DNA of 64,000 nucleotides from Nitrospirales bacterium (GTDB lineage Bacteria; Nitrospirota; Nitrospiria; Nitrospirales; UBA8639): NCBI GenBank assembly GCA_965203295.1, contig CBDBCZ010000018.1, positions 1,280,001 to 1,344,000 of the forward strand, read 5' to 3'. Shown piece by piece: positions 22,220 to 34,428 of this stretch (position 1 is its first letter; each line of letters starts with the position of its first letter). The notes under the pieces were generated by a model. It saw only the letters and a program-made list of their open reading frames with translations, ran no database searches and was not told where the DNA came from. The position numbers and the translations under genes were made by a program.

Positions 22220-24023
22220 ATCTACATTGGTAGAGCAATAATCCCTGTATGTAGCCTCCTTTGAGTGCTATAAGCGTGGGAAAAAGTGGTTGCCATGGTA
22301 ATGTACATTAAGGTAACAAGGTATCATGAGACTCAGTTTCTTCATAGTACGCATGTAAGGCTGACGATGTGCGTATACGATGCGTAATGGCTCTGAGCCC
22401 TATTCTCTAACAATACCTCAGCTCCACCATGGCATAATTAAAACATGCTTTTAGCCTCCACTGGTCTACTGAGTTACGATAAAATCATAAATGGCATGTA
22501 GCATTAGCTACGTAGTTACAGCTTCACCAGCACGCTGACAAAATGACTATATATATTCCACGAGCATTATTTGAAGATCAAACTGCTTTGTTTGTAGCTA
22601 CAGCAGCTATAGCTAATGTGAATGAGGCATTACGGATGGTCTATGCGCTAGTGTCATCAGGCATCTTCGCATGGTTGGATCACTCACGGACCCAGATGTC
22701 AATAATATGGTCTATAATATTATCATCACCTATTAATCCTTGCTTACTGTATTTATTTATTTGTTATTTCTTTGCGCCTGTATACTGGTGTGCTTACCGT
22801 AATAATATTTAAAAGTCTAAACATAGTACATACCTACCATAAAGTTTACAAGAGTTTAAGTGGATTTTGCAGAAAAAAATAGTACATGATACTTTCAATT
22901 AAATCTCTCACACTCCACTAACAAGCCAAAACCCACCCACTCTTCAACGTGACTATTATATCTAAGACTATCATGCAGAAGTGAATATTTGTCACTTTTG
23001 GTGATTGCTACTATCAAAGTCCATGCATGTGATCTACTGCTACTGATGCAACACCAACTTCATAGTTAGAGTCTAGTGATATCATGTCCCCTAACATACA
23101 AAAATCTAATGTATACTGAACTAAAAGTGGGTGTCAAGCTTCAAGCACGACTTACATAGCTATTTATTAGGCCACCAGAGCCAGATATGGAAATTTCTTT
23201 GCAGTCACTGTGGCACGTGGCTAAATAGCTACATATCAATTTTCCACAACCTCAACACATCAATCCAACATAATCCCTAAGCTCTGAAACCTTAAATTTC
23301 CACTACATATATGCACTGTTTGGAAATTCCCTGAAATGCGTTACGAAGAAATTTGACAGGAAATCTGGTGTTTCGGGTACAGGGTAGTATAGGATAGGGC
23401 AGAATTTCATGCAATTTCCTGAACACATTTCTGCTGCATGTCAGTATATGGATGTATATGTATACTGTGACATTGATTGGTAGAAAGAGAACTTTGATCA
23501 AAATTGACCGTCTTTACCATAACCCAGCACTCCACACATTTAGCTAAATGCACAGGCCCCAAAGATGTGTAACTCTACGTAACAATGGCTAAATGTTTCT
23601 ATACGGTTACATTGATGCAGATTCATCCAGAAATGAAAAAAACATCTAGAGAGTTATGAGGCTGCTGATATAATTCTTGATTACATGGTAGTTTTTTTGA
23701 AAATGGCACTGCATCTCTGGAAATGAAATCTATATAGCATGGGTTGCTACTATAGTTGCAAGTTAGTATTTGTAATTTGCCTGATGGTTGTCTTGATAAG
23801 ACAGTTGGAAAAGTGCAAAACCAAGGAAGTGCCAGGTATACCATGTAAATAATTATGGAAGATTATTGATTGCATGGTAGCCCTAAGGAACAACAATAGT
23901 TATGTGCTGTTAGAATTATTAGTACACAACACGTAACTGGTATATTTATAAACAAAACATAACTAATAATAGCATTAATTTATTGCCAATAGCCACTGTA
24001 ATTTGGATTTACGAGTGAGGAGG

Positions 24024-24164
<141 letters not shown>

Positions 24165-24364
24165 ACGGCCAACTCATTACATGTACATGTAGGCTATATA
24201 CTCCCCCCCATCCCAAACACAATAAATATGCTACTATAACAGTCAAACTTAGCATTAATGGACTGCCAGGGAAATGAAACCCCTGTGCCCCATCCACTGT
24301 TGCCTGTTTGTTAGTGATGCATAAGACATGCAGTTCCATGGAATCATTTCTGCTTCTACTAGTA

Positions 24365-24760
24365 GCTGGCAAGTGCTGTTAGAGGATTAAGTGGCTATAA
24401 AGTATAGCTTTACTGCTCCTCTGCCAATTAATGGGCTCCACTATAGCTCAATGGTAAAAGCCAGACTAGGTATTTTAGCGGAGTGGCTATCCAGCGCTAT
24501 ATACATCAACGCTGTGCACTTATTAAATTTTGTCCACTATTATTGTATCGAAAGACACTTTTATAGCAAACTCTTGAGAATAGTATGGAAATAATAGTAG
24601 ATTATAATAACATCAAAGAAATCATTGCAAAGGTTTGGAGTAGGATTATCTCAAGCCTATAAAAGCATCAATCTGACTGGTATTCAGAAGATCCTGGGTT
24701 CAATCCCCAGCTGGGTCCCGTAATTTCTTTAATTTCTCAGAAAGCCATCATCTCGCGTGA
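24365..24760 (+). mobile_element. tRNA-Thr-like dispersed repeat interrupted by a ~200-bp insertion
   Basis: 5' flank plus tRNA 5' half at 24365-24461; 3' half tctgactggtattcagaagatcctgggttcaatccccagctggg at ~24672-24720. Confidence 0.65.
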
Positions 24761-25292
24761 CAGTGTACAGGTGCGAAGCGGCTATTATGGAGATCGAGCG
24801 TTACATGCAAAACATGACTCTTATATTGTGTAATAAAATGGGCATGGGATAGTTCGTAGAGGGAAGCAATTGTATTAGAGTGTTCTAAAAACAATACATG
24901 ATTTAGTAGGAGCAAAAACTATTATAGTCATCTGAAACTAGACCTTCAAGGGTGGAATAGCTATACTATTTTTACCCACTCAAATCAACTCATTTAGTTA
25001 TGGTTAACTATTACTATTTTTTTTCATTCTCGGCCCTTTGGCTAACTGAAAGTTAAAATTATACTTTTCTTGATACCCTTTTACTAAAACACTAAAGCTA
25101 AGCTTGATTTGGGTGTAGTTTAAATTAGTTGTCCCATGCATCCTTGATGTTTTAGCTTTATTGCTAAATTTGTCTAGTATACTAGTACGTAGGCTTGCAG
25201 TTATTCAGATGATTATAAAATACATGTAATAATATTGTGACCACGCAAGCACGCAGCGTTTATCAGTGGCGCGCGCCAGGATGAGTGAGCTG

Positions 25293-25723
25293 TAGGCTTG
25301 GGCGGATTATGCCGGCATAATTTTGGGAATAATAGGCACGAAGAAGCATCGAGAATAATGCGGGAATAATAGGGCAGTTTTCAGAAATAATGCGAATCTT
25401 GAACGGAAATATTCGGAGTAGATCTCGCCCACCACAATCTCTGCATGCGCTTATGGTGTCTAGCAGTGGTTCTGAAGGGAGAATGGCTGGTCTACAGCAT
25501 ACAAATTATTTTATTCCAACATACCCTGCTTCAGTAGTGATAAATAGCGTCACAAGCCAGTCAGCGACCGAAGAAAGTGCTACACACGCGATTTTTTTGG
25601 GGGGGATTTTAGTGGGAAGAATGCGAGAATAATAGGTAGTCACTCGGGAATAATAGGGCAGTTTTGTGAGAATAGGGGAATAGAATTATAGCTAACTTTT
25701 TGAGCATAATCCGCCCAACCCTA
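25293..25723. mobile_element. hAT-type MITE (TAGG..GGCGGATTATGC TIR, 8-bp TSD)
   Basis: TSD gtgagctg at 25285-25292 and 25724-25731; subterminal GCATAAT/AATAATAGG repeats. Confidence 0.85.
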
Positions 25724-26259
25724 GTGAGCTGTGTAGCTATGCAAAAGGCCTAGGACTGGGCGCTGAGTGTCTATAGCGAAGTCTTGAGAATAGTATGGAA
25801 ATAAAGGTAGATTATAATAGCATCAGAGAAATCATTGCAAAGGTTTCGAGTAGGATTATCTCGAGCATATATTGTGTAATTAGTGAAAAAGAATTCGAAA
25901 TTCGTCCGTCCAGTGAGTTTGATGATTAGCATTAATAATCCGAACAACCATCTCCTTAGCGAATACGCGTACTTCTAAGCATTATCGAATGCCACGACCG
26001 CTACAGCCATGTTATTGACATGCTACTATACTACTTTTCGACCTCCTACATTAATTGTTAATCAATCTATGTGTGCAAAATTTCATCGCGAGCAATATTA
26101 TAGCAAAAACAATCAACTTGTCCTGCGTACAAAAAAATTCTAAATAAAAAACTTGTCCTACGTACACAAGAAACACTATAGCCTAAAGTAAGAGCAGCTG
26201 ATTCGAACGCAGAGTCACAGTAGCGAAAGTGCAGTTATCGCGGCATTTCGCGTCCCCGT

Positions 26260-27531
26260 CTATTTGCCCTCACCGGGATTGACAACGGTGACTCCGAGGA
26301 TAAAGGGATACGTGGCTTTAGACTCGACATGGAACTGCTGGTTATCGGTGTTCTTCGACCACTTCTCTTCATCGTGACCGCCACTGCCTCCGATCCGGAA
26401 CGGGCCGATGCGAATACCACCAGAGGCGTCCCAGTGCTCCTTGTACTTCTTGTACACGCTAGAGGTTGTCTTTATGTCAACACTCATCCTCAGTCCTACG
26501 ACCATACCAGTCAGTTTCAGCGGAAACACGCCATCTTTGCCGAAAACGGGCTTTTTGCCGTCTCCACCGCTCGTACTGAAGGGCGGGTTCCAGTTGTTTT
26601 CCGTGGACATACGGTTTAGAATGCCACCGTTGTACCACTCGGGTGCGGGCGAGACTTCGGTCAGTTTGTATGCGTCGATCGTGATGTTAACTTGCACAGA
26701 TTTGTCCTCTTCCTCAATGTTCAGTTTGTTCCAACCCCCGTTGCCATAAACTCCGAAAAAGCCCCAATCCAAGCCAGTGCTCCCACCAGCCCAAGACTTC
26801 TCCATAGAATACGACTGGTCCTTTCCGGAAAGACTGATCGACAGACTCGTTCCGCCCCCTGCAGCAACGCGGTCCGACCATACTTTAGGATCTTCGAAGA
26901 CGTAGAAGGGTCGCATCGAGGTCTGCATCCCAATTTGAACTTGTACAAAGCCGGGCTTGGGCGTTTTGTCTGTTGGTACCGTGGCAGCGTCAATAGCTTT
27001 TTTCAGATCTGGATTTTTTGCAGCGACAACCAGACCTTTCGTCTCCAGCGCTTTGTCAAGTGCGGCCCTATCCATATCCAGAGTGCCCTTCCAGCCTTGG
27101 TCGGCCATAAACTCGTCGTACGATGGCTTAGGTATGCCCGGCTGGAGCGAATTTGTATACGTTGTAAACGCATCATTGGCTTGCAGTGTGTCAGTCGTCA
27201 GCTTGTTCCGAGTACGGGTGACCTCCTCGTCCGCTTGCCTCACTCTGTCTTCGTCAAGACCTTGACCGAGCGCGTTCCACAAACTCAGCACTTGGAGGTA
27301 AGTTTGGTTCATATCGCTTCCACCCGGTACGTACGTGCCAGAATTGGACCAATTCGGCACCTGCCCGACGAATCGATAGGCCTGGTCATTGATGAAGCCT
27401 ACAGTAGCCGGCGCCCAAGTCCAGTCCTGTTGAGGACTCATCAGCTGAAAGTTCTGCCCCCCACCTCCGAGTACCTTCTGCACTATCTGGTCATACGTCT
27501 GACCGTAGAGGTTCATTGTTGGAGTCGTCAT
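26260..27531 (-). CDS. Paralog B of the unknown family; intronless, 423 aa; candidate beta-pore-forming protein
   Basis: Clean single ORF, CpG-rich. Shares NLYGQ, YRFVGQVP, AIDAAT.P, KPGFV, EKSWAGGSTGL, NNWNPP, PVFGK.GVFPL, GIRIGPF.IGG and FHVES.ATYP with paralog A. Confidence 0.92.
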   Translation of the reverse strand: MTTPTMNLYGQTYDQIVQKVLGGGGQNFQLMSPQQDWTWAPATVGFINDQAYRFVGQVPNWSNSGTYVPGGSDMNQTYLQVLSLWNALGQGLDEDRVRQADEEVTRTRNKLTTDTLQANDAFTTYTNSLQPGIPKPSYDEFMADQGWKGTLDMDRAALDKALETKGLVVAAKNPDLKKAIDAATVPTDKTPKPGFVQVQIGMQTSMRPFYVFEDPKVWSDRVAAGGGTSLSISLSGKDQSYSMEKSWAGGSTGLDWGFFGVYGNGGWNKLNIEEEDKSVQVNITIDAYKLTEVSPAPEWYNGGILNRMSTENNWNPPFSTSGGDGKKPVFGKDGVFPLKLTGMVVGLRMSVDIKTTSSVYKKYKEHWDASGGIRIGPFRIGGSGGHDEEKWSKNTDNQQFHVESKATYPFILGVTVVNPGEGK

Positions 27532-27639
27532 TGCGAACAGCTGTCAAAAGACGAAATTTCCGAGTTGCTGCAAAAAGGCTTGTTCGTAGTCACCTGCGAG
27601 CGCGCACAGAAGACTGCGGAACTACCGGCGGCAGTGCGA

Positions 27640-27645
27640 TTTATA
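27640..27645 (-). promoter_or_regulatory. TATA box of paralog B
   Basis: TATAAA on the minus strand 109 nt upstream of the ATG. Confidence 0.65.
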
Positions 27646-27804
27646 CGCGCGACGCAACATCGACCTCGCCTGATAATTATACCGAGATCGTACGATCGAA
27701 GGTTGAGAGGTCATTAATTAATATCGCTAAAAATTAATCTTAAAAAGTACGCGGTATCAGTCATGAAATATTCCCTCAATCACATACTGACAGTGACTTA
27801 TAAT

Positions 27805-28277
27805 TAGAGATGAGTCTATTGTGCCGGCATAATTTCCAGAATAATCGGTCCATAGAAGCATAAAGCATAAAATTAATCAGGAATAATTGGGTAGTTTTAC
27901 GGGAATAATGCATGTGTAGTGCCTGTCAACTGTGTGGCTAACCCTCCTTGTGGAAAGTGCACAAGCCGTGGTACTATCGGCACTGACTGGAAGACAATCA
28001 GACCTGAGAAGCACGTGGGAGACTACTAGAACGAACACTTCAAGGCATCATTCTTTCGCTACAAAGCCATAAACCACACATACTGCTGTACTTGTGCTGT
28101 AATCATATTTTTCGGGTATTTAACTGACGTAATGTGCATGCGCATTGTTCGTAATTTGTGAGAAAGGGCAATTTTATTACTGGCATAATGGGCACTTTCT
28201 TGAGCATAATCGGTACAATTTTGAGAATTGCTTAAAAGCATAATAGGAGGCAAAAAAGCATAATAGACTCATCTCTA
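27805..28277. mobile_element. hAT-type MITE (TAGAGATGAGTCTATT TIR, 8-bp TSD)
   Basis: TSD cttataat at 27797-27804 and 28278-28285. Confidence 0.87.
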
Positions 28278-28305
28278 CTTATAATCCATAATGGCTGCAT
28301 GTGCA

Positions 28306-28856
28306 TGTCACGACAAATTTGGACCCCCCTAAAATGGTTCCCTCCGGCCATATTTTTCGAAATATTTGGACCCCCCGGAACATATATTTCAGCATAATGT
28401 TGAAATATATGGACCCCCTCTGAAAATTTTGTTCCCCCCCTTCACGAAGAGTCCGAAATTCGAACAAGTCTATTGCATAGTTTTTACCAAGGGAGGCTTA
28501 GCTACTACAGATCTCAGATTAGCAGAAGTTTGAGTAGGCCGCCTGTAAAACAAGCACTGGAGTCACGGGACGGCACAATCGAGTCACCGATGCGAACTGA
28601 AAATTTCAAGCTTGTTTATGAGCTTATTTTAGTTCTATATACTTTCGTAAGCCAGCACTCGCCGGCCATTTTATGATCGTCATCTACGACCATTTCAAGT
28701 ATGATAGTGAATGATTGACAGGCAGTGGCTGCTGGTACACACAGTAGACATGCGGAACTTTTTTTTCAAGGGAGGTCCGAATATTTCACCGCAAACCCGA
28801 AATATTTGTTCGGGGGGGAACGTATTTTACGGGGGTCCAAATTTAACGCGGCAGGC
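28306..28856. mobile_element. MITE with GGACCCCC subterminal repeats
   Basis: tgtcacgacaaatttggacccccctaaaat ... attttacgggggtccaaatttaacgcggca imperfect TIRs. Confidence 0.65.
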
Positions 28857-30743
28857 ACTATGTACATGTATAATTACAGTTGTATAATATTATATAATAA
28901 ATGGGCACGTCATTCTTGAATATTGGCCATTGCGCCCTGCAGGATGTGTACTCCCTCAAGCATTTTAAAAATTGTACTATTACTTTCCTGGTTAGTGAAT
29001 CTCTACAGGAGATTTGCCATTCATTCACTAACCAGGAAAGTAAATTTAATTGTCTGTTACTTCTTCACTGTCATGCATGTTATTGTGCACCTAATAATTA
29101 TTAGTCCAATCATAATAATATGGAATCGACGGTAGGTGAATGGAGCTTTATTGACCACACATATAGACTAGCTTCATCAGGATCCGATGAAATGGTCAGA
29201 GTATATGTACTAATAATATAGCCTCGAACCCAGGCCTTTCTTTTTTATTATTTTTTGTCTACGTAGCTACGATGGAGGCTACGAAGTATACTGTCGAATA
29301 GACTAGCTACTGGACTAGCTACCACACATTTAGAGCTTGCGTGCTCTCAGATACTTTTCAGGTAGCAAAAACAGGTTATTCTTTGATAAGTACGTATTAA
29401 TAATACATATTGGTAAGTATAGCCTCGTTCAGATCCTACACTTTTTAGCTTTTTTTCACATGACCTTTTTTCACTATGTGCGGAAATAAAGCTGGGTAGT
29501 ACACATGCCATTGTATAGGGACTGGGAATAAGGCTAGGTGGGTGTTAGTCTCAGTCCCAGACCCTCGCTCCCTGCACTCATAAAAAAAAAACACGGAAAA
29601 AGGAAAGTGCCAGAAGAGGGTCTGGTGCAGTTGATACAGAAGGCCTCCATGGGATGTAGCTTGTATGGCTTATTGTGGGTGCGATAATTGAGGCAGGAAG
29701 TTTCAAAGTTAAGTGAGTGCTAAAAAACTAGTGTAAACAGTCCAGTAGTTCAGTGGTCTATTCCAGTATATTCTAATCCAGTATATAGTGCAGCGTCCAG
29801 TAGTCCAGTGATTCTTTCCAGTAGTCTAGTGGTCTTTTCCAGTATAGTTGACTCCAGTAGTCAAGAGTCACTTTCCAGGAGTCCAATTGTCCATCCCAGT
29901 CCACAGAATATACACAGTCAGGATGAAAAATGTAACCTACAGAAAATCAAAAAGAAAAAAAATTGTGAAAGACCATTCAGCTGTACTGTATAGTAGATGC
30001 CAAGGTTAACCTTTGCTAATCAGGCCTCAATAATTTACCCTTTGCCTGCATTCCTACATATTGTACATTGTCAGCAAATGTTCACAGAACCCAATTTATT
30101 TAGCTGGCTTACTAAATATTCAAGAGGTGTTGGTATACACTACCTGTACCTTGGAGGTTAAAGTACATATGTGTGGTGTGTGTGAGCATGCTCAATCATG
30201 CCAAGACTACAAAAAAAACCTCTGTAGTACAACAACCTCATGAATAATTTTACCTATCACAACCGTTATTAATGTACATTACCATGGCAACCACTTTTGG
30301 ACACACACCCCAACAAACTAACAAACAGACACAAAAACGGAAAGCAGTCTTAGAATCAGACATTTAGGTGCTATACACGCTCTGGCTGGTAAAAACCCCA
30401 AAATTTATGCCCCAAGAAAACATGGATTACTTGGGTTTGGTCAGCAGGTGTGGTGCCTGTAAATGGCATGTTTGGAGAAGGCTTCCTACACAGCTGTATT
30501 TCCATTGTGTGTCTGTAGTGATAGGTGCTAGGCAACCACTACATGTACTGGTATATATGGCAGGGAGAAGGGAACAGGGAAAAGTATGGTATGTGTCACC
30601 CTTCAGGGCTGTGGGATTTAGACCCGTAGGTGGCAGACAAGGTTGTAGGTCTTCTAAACTGATTATGCTACATAAGCAGCCAGAGGTGTTAAGGCTGGCA
30701 TGTAGGTCTTCTAAATTGAAGCTACACCAGTCACTACCTGCAG

Positions 30744-31247
30744 TAGGCCTGCACTGATTATGCCGGCATTAAAATGAGCATAAAAGGTACACGAGAGCAT
30801 CGAGCATAATGCGAGCATAATAGGTAGAGTCTCCGAGGAAATGACGTCATTAATTAAATCAACCACGTGGCATTTTTAAGAATCCAAGAAGATGGCGACT
30901 AGAGATCTGAGCGCGCGAGACTCGAGACTCAAGCGGCCAGTAGCAGCTCACAGCAGGCCACTGCCTCTTCCCCGCCGTCGCTTCTTAGCAAGCTTCGAGC
31001 CCCCACGCAGTCTGAGTTAGTGCGGAAGCGCAAGGTCAGAACGAACGAACCGCCTCACACAGGTGCGCAAAAAAGGAAGCCAACTTGCTCGACCGACTCC
31101 TCCAAAGGGGTGAGTGCAGCGCAGACAGCGAATTAATGAGCATAATTCGAGCATAATAGGTATAATTGTGGAGCATAATAGGTACTTTTTTGGAGCAGTG
31201 CAGCATAGCATAATAGGTAGATTTTTAGCATAATCGGTGCATGCCTA
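30744..31247. mobile_element. hAT-type MITE (TAGGC.TGCAC.GATTATGC TIR) flanked by a 14-bp direct repeat
   Basis: gtcactacctgcag at 30730-30743 and 31248-31261. Confidence 0.8.
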
Positions 31248-31582
31248 GTCACTACCTGCAGGCTGTTATGTTTGAGCACCTGGGAACAAGGCTACTGGTT
31301 TTGTTACCTTAAGGTGACTATTGTTTGCGGTCTGTTAGGTTACTTAGCCTCGTGTCCAGCCCCATGTTGGAAAGGTGGGTCTGGCTCCCATATATTCAAA
31401 GTTGGGGCAGCATTACATCAGCGGTCCCAGATCTGGACCGGCAATGCGATTGGTTGATTATAGTATTACATCACTAAATGGTTGTACGCGTCACTAAAGT
31501 TTTGTTCCTGCAACGTTTTTGTAGCAAGCCCTTGCTGTGTTGTCAAACTACTTTGAGCATTAAGAAGGTCATAAATTTTGAT

Positions 31583-31950
31583 TAGCCTCGTTCCCAGGCC
31601 CGCGCCATTTTCGGTTACACGAAAGATGTCACAGGGCCTGGGATCTAAAGTCACGTGCGCGAGGCAAAGAGTAGAAAGGTAGTAGAAAGGTAATTATGAG
31701 CGTGGGCGAGTACGCGTGCAATTCTCAGACAACGAGCGAAGGTAGCGAGTCTACACTTCTTGTAGCCTTTCTTTATAGCCCATTTGTGCCATAGACTTAC
31801 CGCTGAAAGAAAGTCTCCGGTTAAATGTAGAGAAACGCAGCCGTCTTTCAAAGTGGACTACAACGTAAGTTGATCACGTGACTTTAGTTACCAGGCCCTG
31901 TGACTTTCCTTCGTACAACCGAAAAAGTCGCGGGCCTGGGAACGAGGCTA
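31583..31950. mobile_element. MITE with TAGCCTCGTTCCCAGGCCCGCG TIRs and a 9-bp TSD
   Basis: TSD aattttgat at 31574-31582 and 31951-31959; related copies near 37360-37435, 42232-42297, 53620-53905 and 58852-59190. Confidence 0.88.
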
Positions 31951-32472
31951 AATTTTGATATTCTCTACATCCAGGACCCTACCTTAATGAGACCTCATTA
32001 GCAAAGGTCAACCTTGGCCATCCTTCTATATGAGTGTCACTACCTCTAGGGATGAGGCTATTATGCTAAAAAATCTGCCCATTATGCTATTCCATAATGC
32101 GCCAGAGGATGTCCGATTATGCTCTTGACGATCCTTATTATGCTCACAAAAATGTCATGTAAAAATGTCATGTAAAAATGTTTACAGAACATAATGCCAG
32201 AGGTTCAGTGCTCAATGAAATGTAAATATTCGATGATGTTAGCTACTAGCGGGGCTGCACTACCACTATCTGAGTCTAAGTCTGCCACTGTCAAATGGGT
32301 TTTACTGGACTTCCAGTGCCAATACTGCTGCTGACAGTGCTACTCTCTTTTCTCCATGTGTGAAAGGTCAATTATGCTCATACTTCTATGTTTATGCCCA
32401 ACCTTAATGAGACCTCATTAGCAAAGGTCAACCTTGGCCATCCTCCTATGAGTGTCACTACCTGTTGTGAGT

Positions 32473-32618
32473 TTAACTCTTTACCAACCAATGACGCATA
32501 TATGCGTCATGAGCTCCCATAAGCCCATATATATGGGGGTTTTAATACTAAGCCTTAATACTTTGTACAGGCTTTTCTGCTTCTTTAAGCTGTTTCTTAT
32601 GGTTGGTTAAGGGTTAAT
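32473..32618. mobile_element. piggyBac-like MITE (TTAA ends)
   Basis: ttaactctttaccaacca...tggttggttaagggttaa; internal similarity to 5912-6314 and 33760-33870. Confidence 0.6.
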
Positions 32619-33054
32619 TAATATGACCTGACTATCAAGGTTAGCCTTCCTCTGAGTCACTTCCTGTTGTGATTATGTGACCTGACTATCAAGGTTAGCC
32701 TTCCTCTGAGTCACTACCTGTTGTGATTATAATGTGACCTCATTAGCGAAGGTTAAACTTCCTATGGGTCACTACCTGTTGTTATTATAATATGACCTCA
32801 TTAGCAAAGCTCCTATGGGTCATTACCTCCCAACAGTGGCAGCAGGGCTACAAAGCAGGTCTTCTAATAGACCCTTTACCATTATGACGTAATGGGGGGA
32901 ATAAGGGAATCCTAAATGGAGAAAATATCTGCATGTTTTGTCCTTTCATGTAAATTCTAAACATGAAAACACAAAAACATGCACATTTCCATGTAAATTT
33001 TGCCAATACTTTTACCCACCATTATGTCATAATGGTAAAAGGTCTGTTAGGTTA

Positions 33055-33465
33055 CAGGAAGGTGGGTCTGGCAAATATTCAAAGTTGGGGCAGCATTACA
33101 TCAGCGGTCCCAGATCTGGACCTGCAATGCGATTGGTTGATTATAGTATTACATCACTAAATGGTTGCCATATTCGGATGTCCATACTAGGGGCCACAAG
33201 TGGACACTATCCGTTTGGTGATGTAATATGATGTCTCGTGCCCAGCCCCACATCACCACACGGATGTCACAGACTATAGTGCACTTAGTCTTGTGTCCAC
33301 GTGGCCACTAGTATCGATATCCGGATACTGCAACCGATTAGTGATGTAATACTATAATCAACCAATCACATTGCAGGTCCAGATCTGGGACCGCTGACGT
33401 AATGCTGCCCCAACTTTGAATATTTGCCAGACCCACCTTCCTAATGCGGGGCTGGGCACGAGAGG
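33055..33465. mobile_element. Rearranged copies of the TAGTCTCGTGCCCAGCCCC MITE family
   Basis: aggaaggtgggtctggc..cagcggtcccagatctgga present in both orientations. Confidence 0.7.
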
Positions 33466-34292
33466 CAGGTCACACTTCTCATCATGTTTTCATATTTTTG
33501 TTTCTGTCTAATAGACAGTTATTCTGCTGTACACATGCTGTGTGTGTATAGATATGATTACCAGGCTCCAACCTTTTACAATGAGTACGTTGTTCTCCCA
33601 TGTAAGTCATTGTCAAGTTGTTATTTTTTATTCTCCACAGCCAATTTCGACGGAGCCAGTCAGTCTACCTCCATACCCCTAAAAAGCAGAAGTCTCTAAC
33701 AGAGACATAACCCATACTAATTTTTTACCATGCTTGTATGCAGCATGCAGCGGGGTGAACCCTTTACCATAAGCAACAGCTTAAAGAAACAGAAAATCCC
33801 ATACAAAGTATTAGCGCCTAATATTAAAATCCCCATATAAATTCATATGGGCTTATGGGAGCTCATGACGCAAGGTGCAATGGTTCTGTCTATCATTCTA
33901 TCCAGTGAAAAATATTGGAAATCATCATGGTTAATGGAACACTTGCTGAACACGATAACACCGAAATCTAAAAAAGAAAAACAAAAAGAAAGTGTGCGTA
34001 CCTGATAGTGACCAAAGCGGTTTCTATTCTCCGCATTTCTAGCTCTTTCTTATTCAACACGGTAAGGTTCCCCATTTATAATACGGTCAAAAACTCAAAT
34101 ACGATAGCTAGAGGACAGGCATACACAGGTTACTGACACGTGTTCATATTGAACGAAGAGCTGAAAACATAGCGAATAGGGCGCACACACAAATCAATTT
34201 TTAATTTTGTGGGGGATTTTCAATTCATTGTTACTGTCGGGTTTAGCAATCGCTTAATTAACCCTGTAAATCGCGAGATAGTCAATAGCCCT

Positions 34293-34428
34293 GGACAGAC
34301 AGACAGATAGACAGACAGACAGGCAGACAGACAGTCAGACAGACAGACAAACAGGCAGATAGACAGACAGATAGACAGACAGACAGACAGACAGGCAGGT
34401 AGAGACAGACAGACAGACAGACAGACAG
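34293..34428. repeat. (GACA)n tetranucleotide microsatellite
   Basis: Direct observation. Confidence 0.9.

Noticed and set aside
26692..27717. 341-aa plus-strand ORF and other antisense ORFs over paralogs A, B and C
   Set aside because: Antisense shadows of GC-rich coding sequence; not conserved as one frame between paralogs and no motifs.
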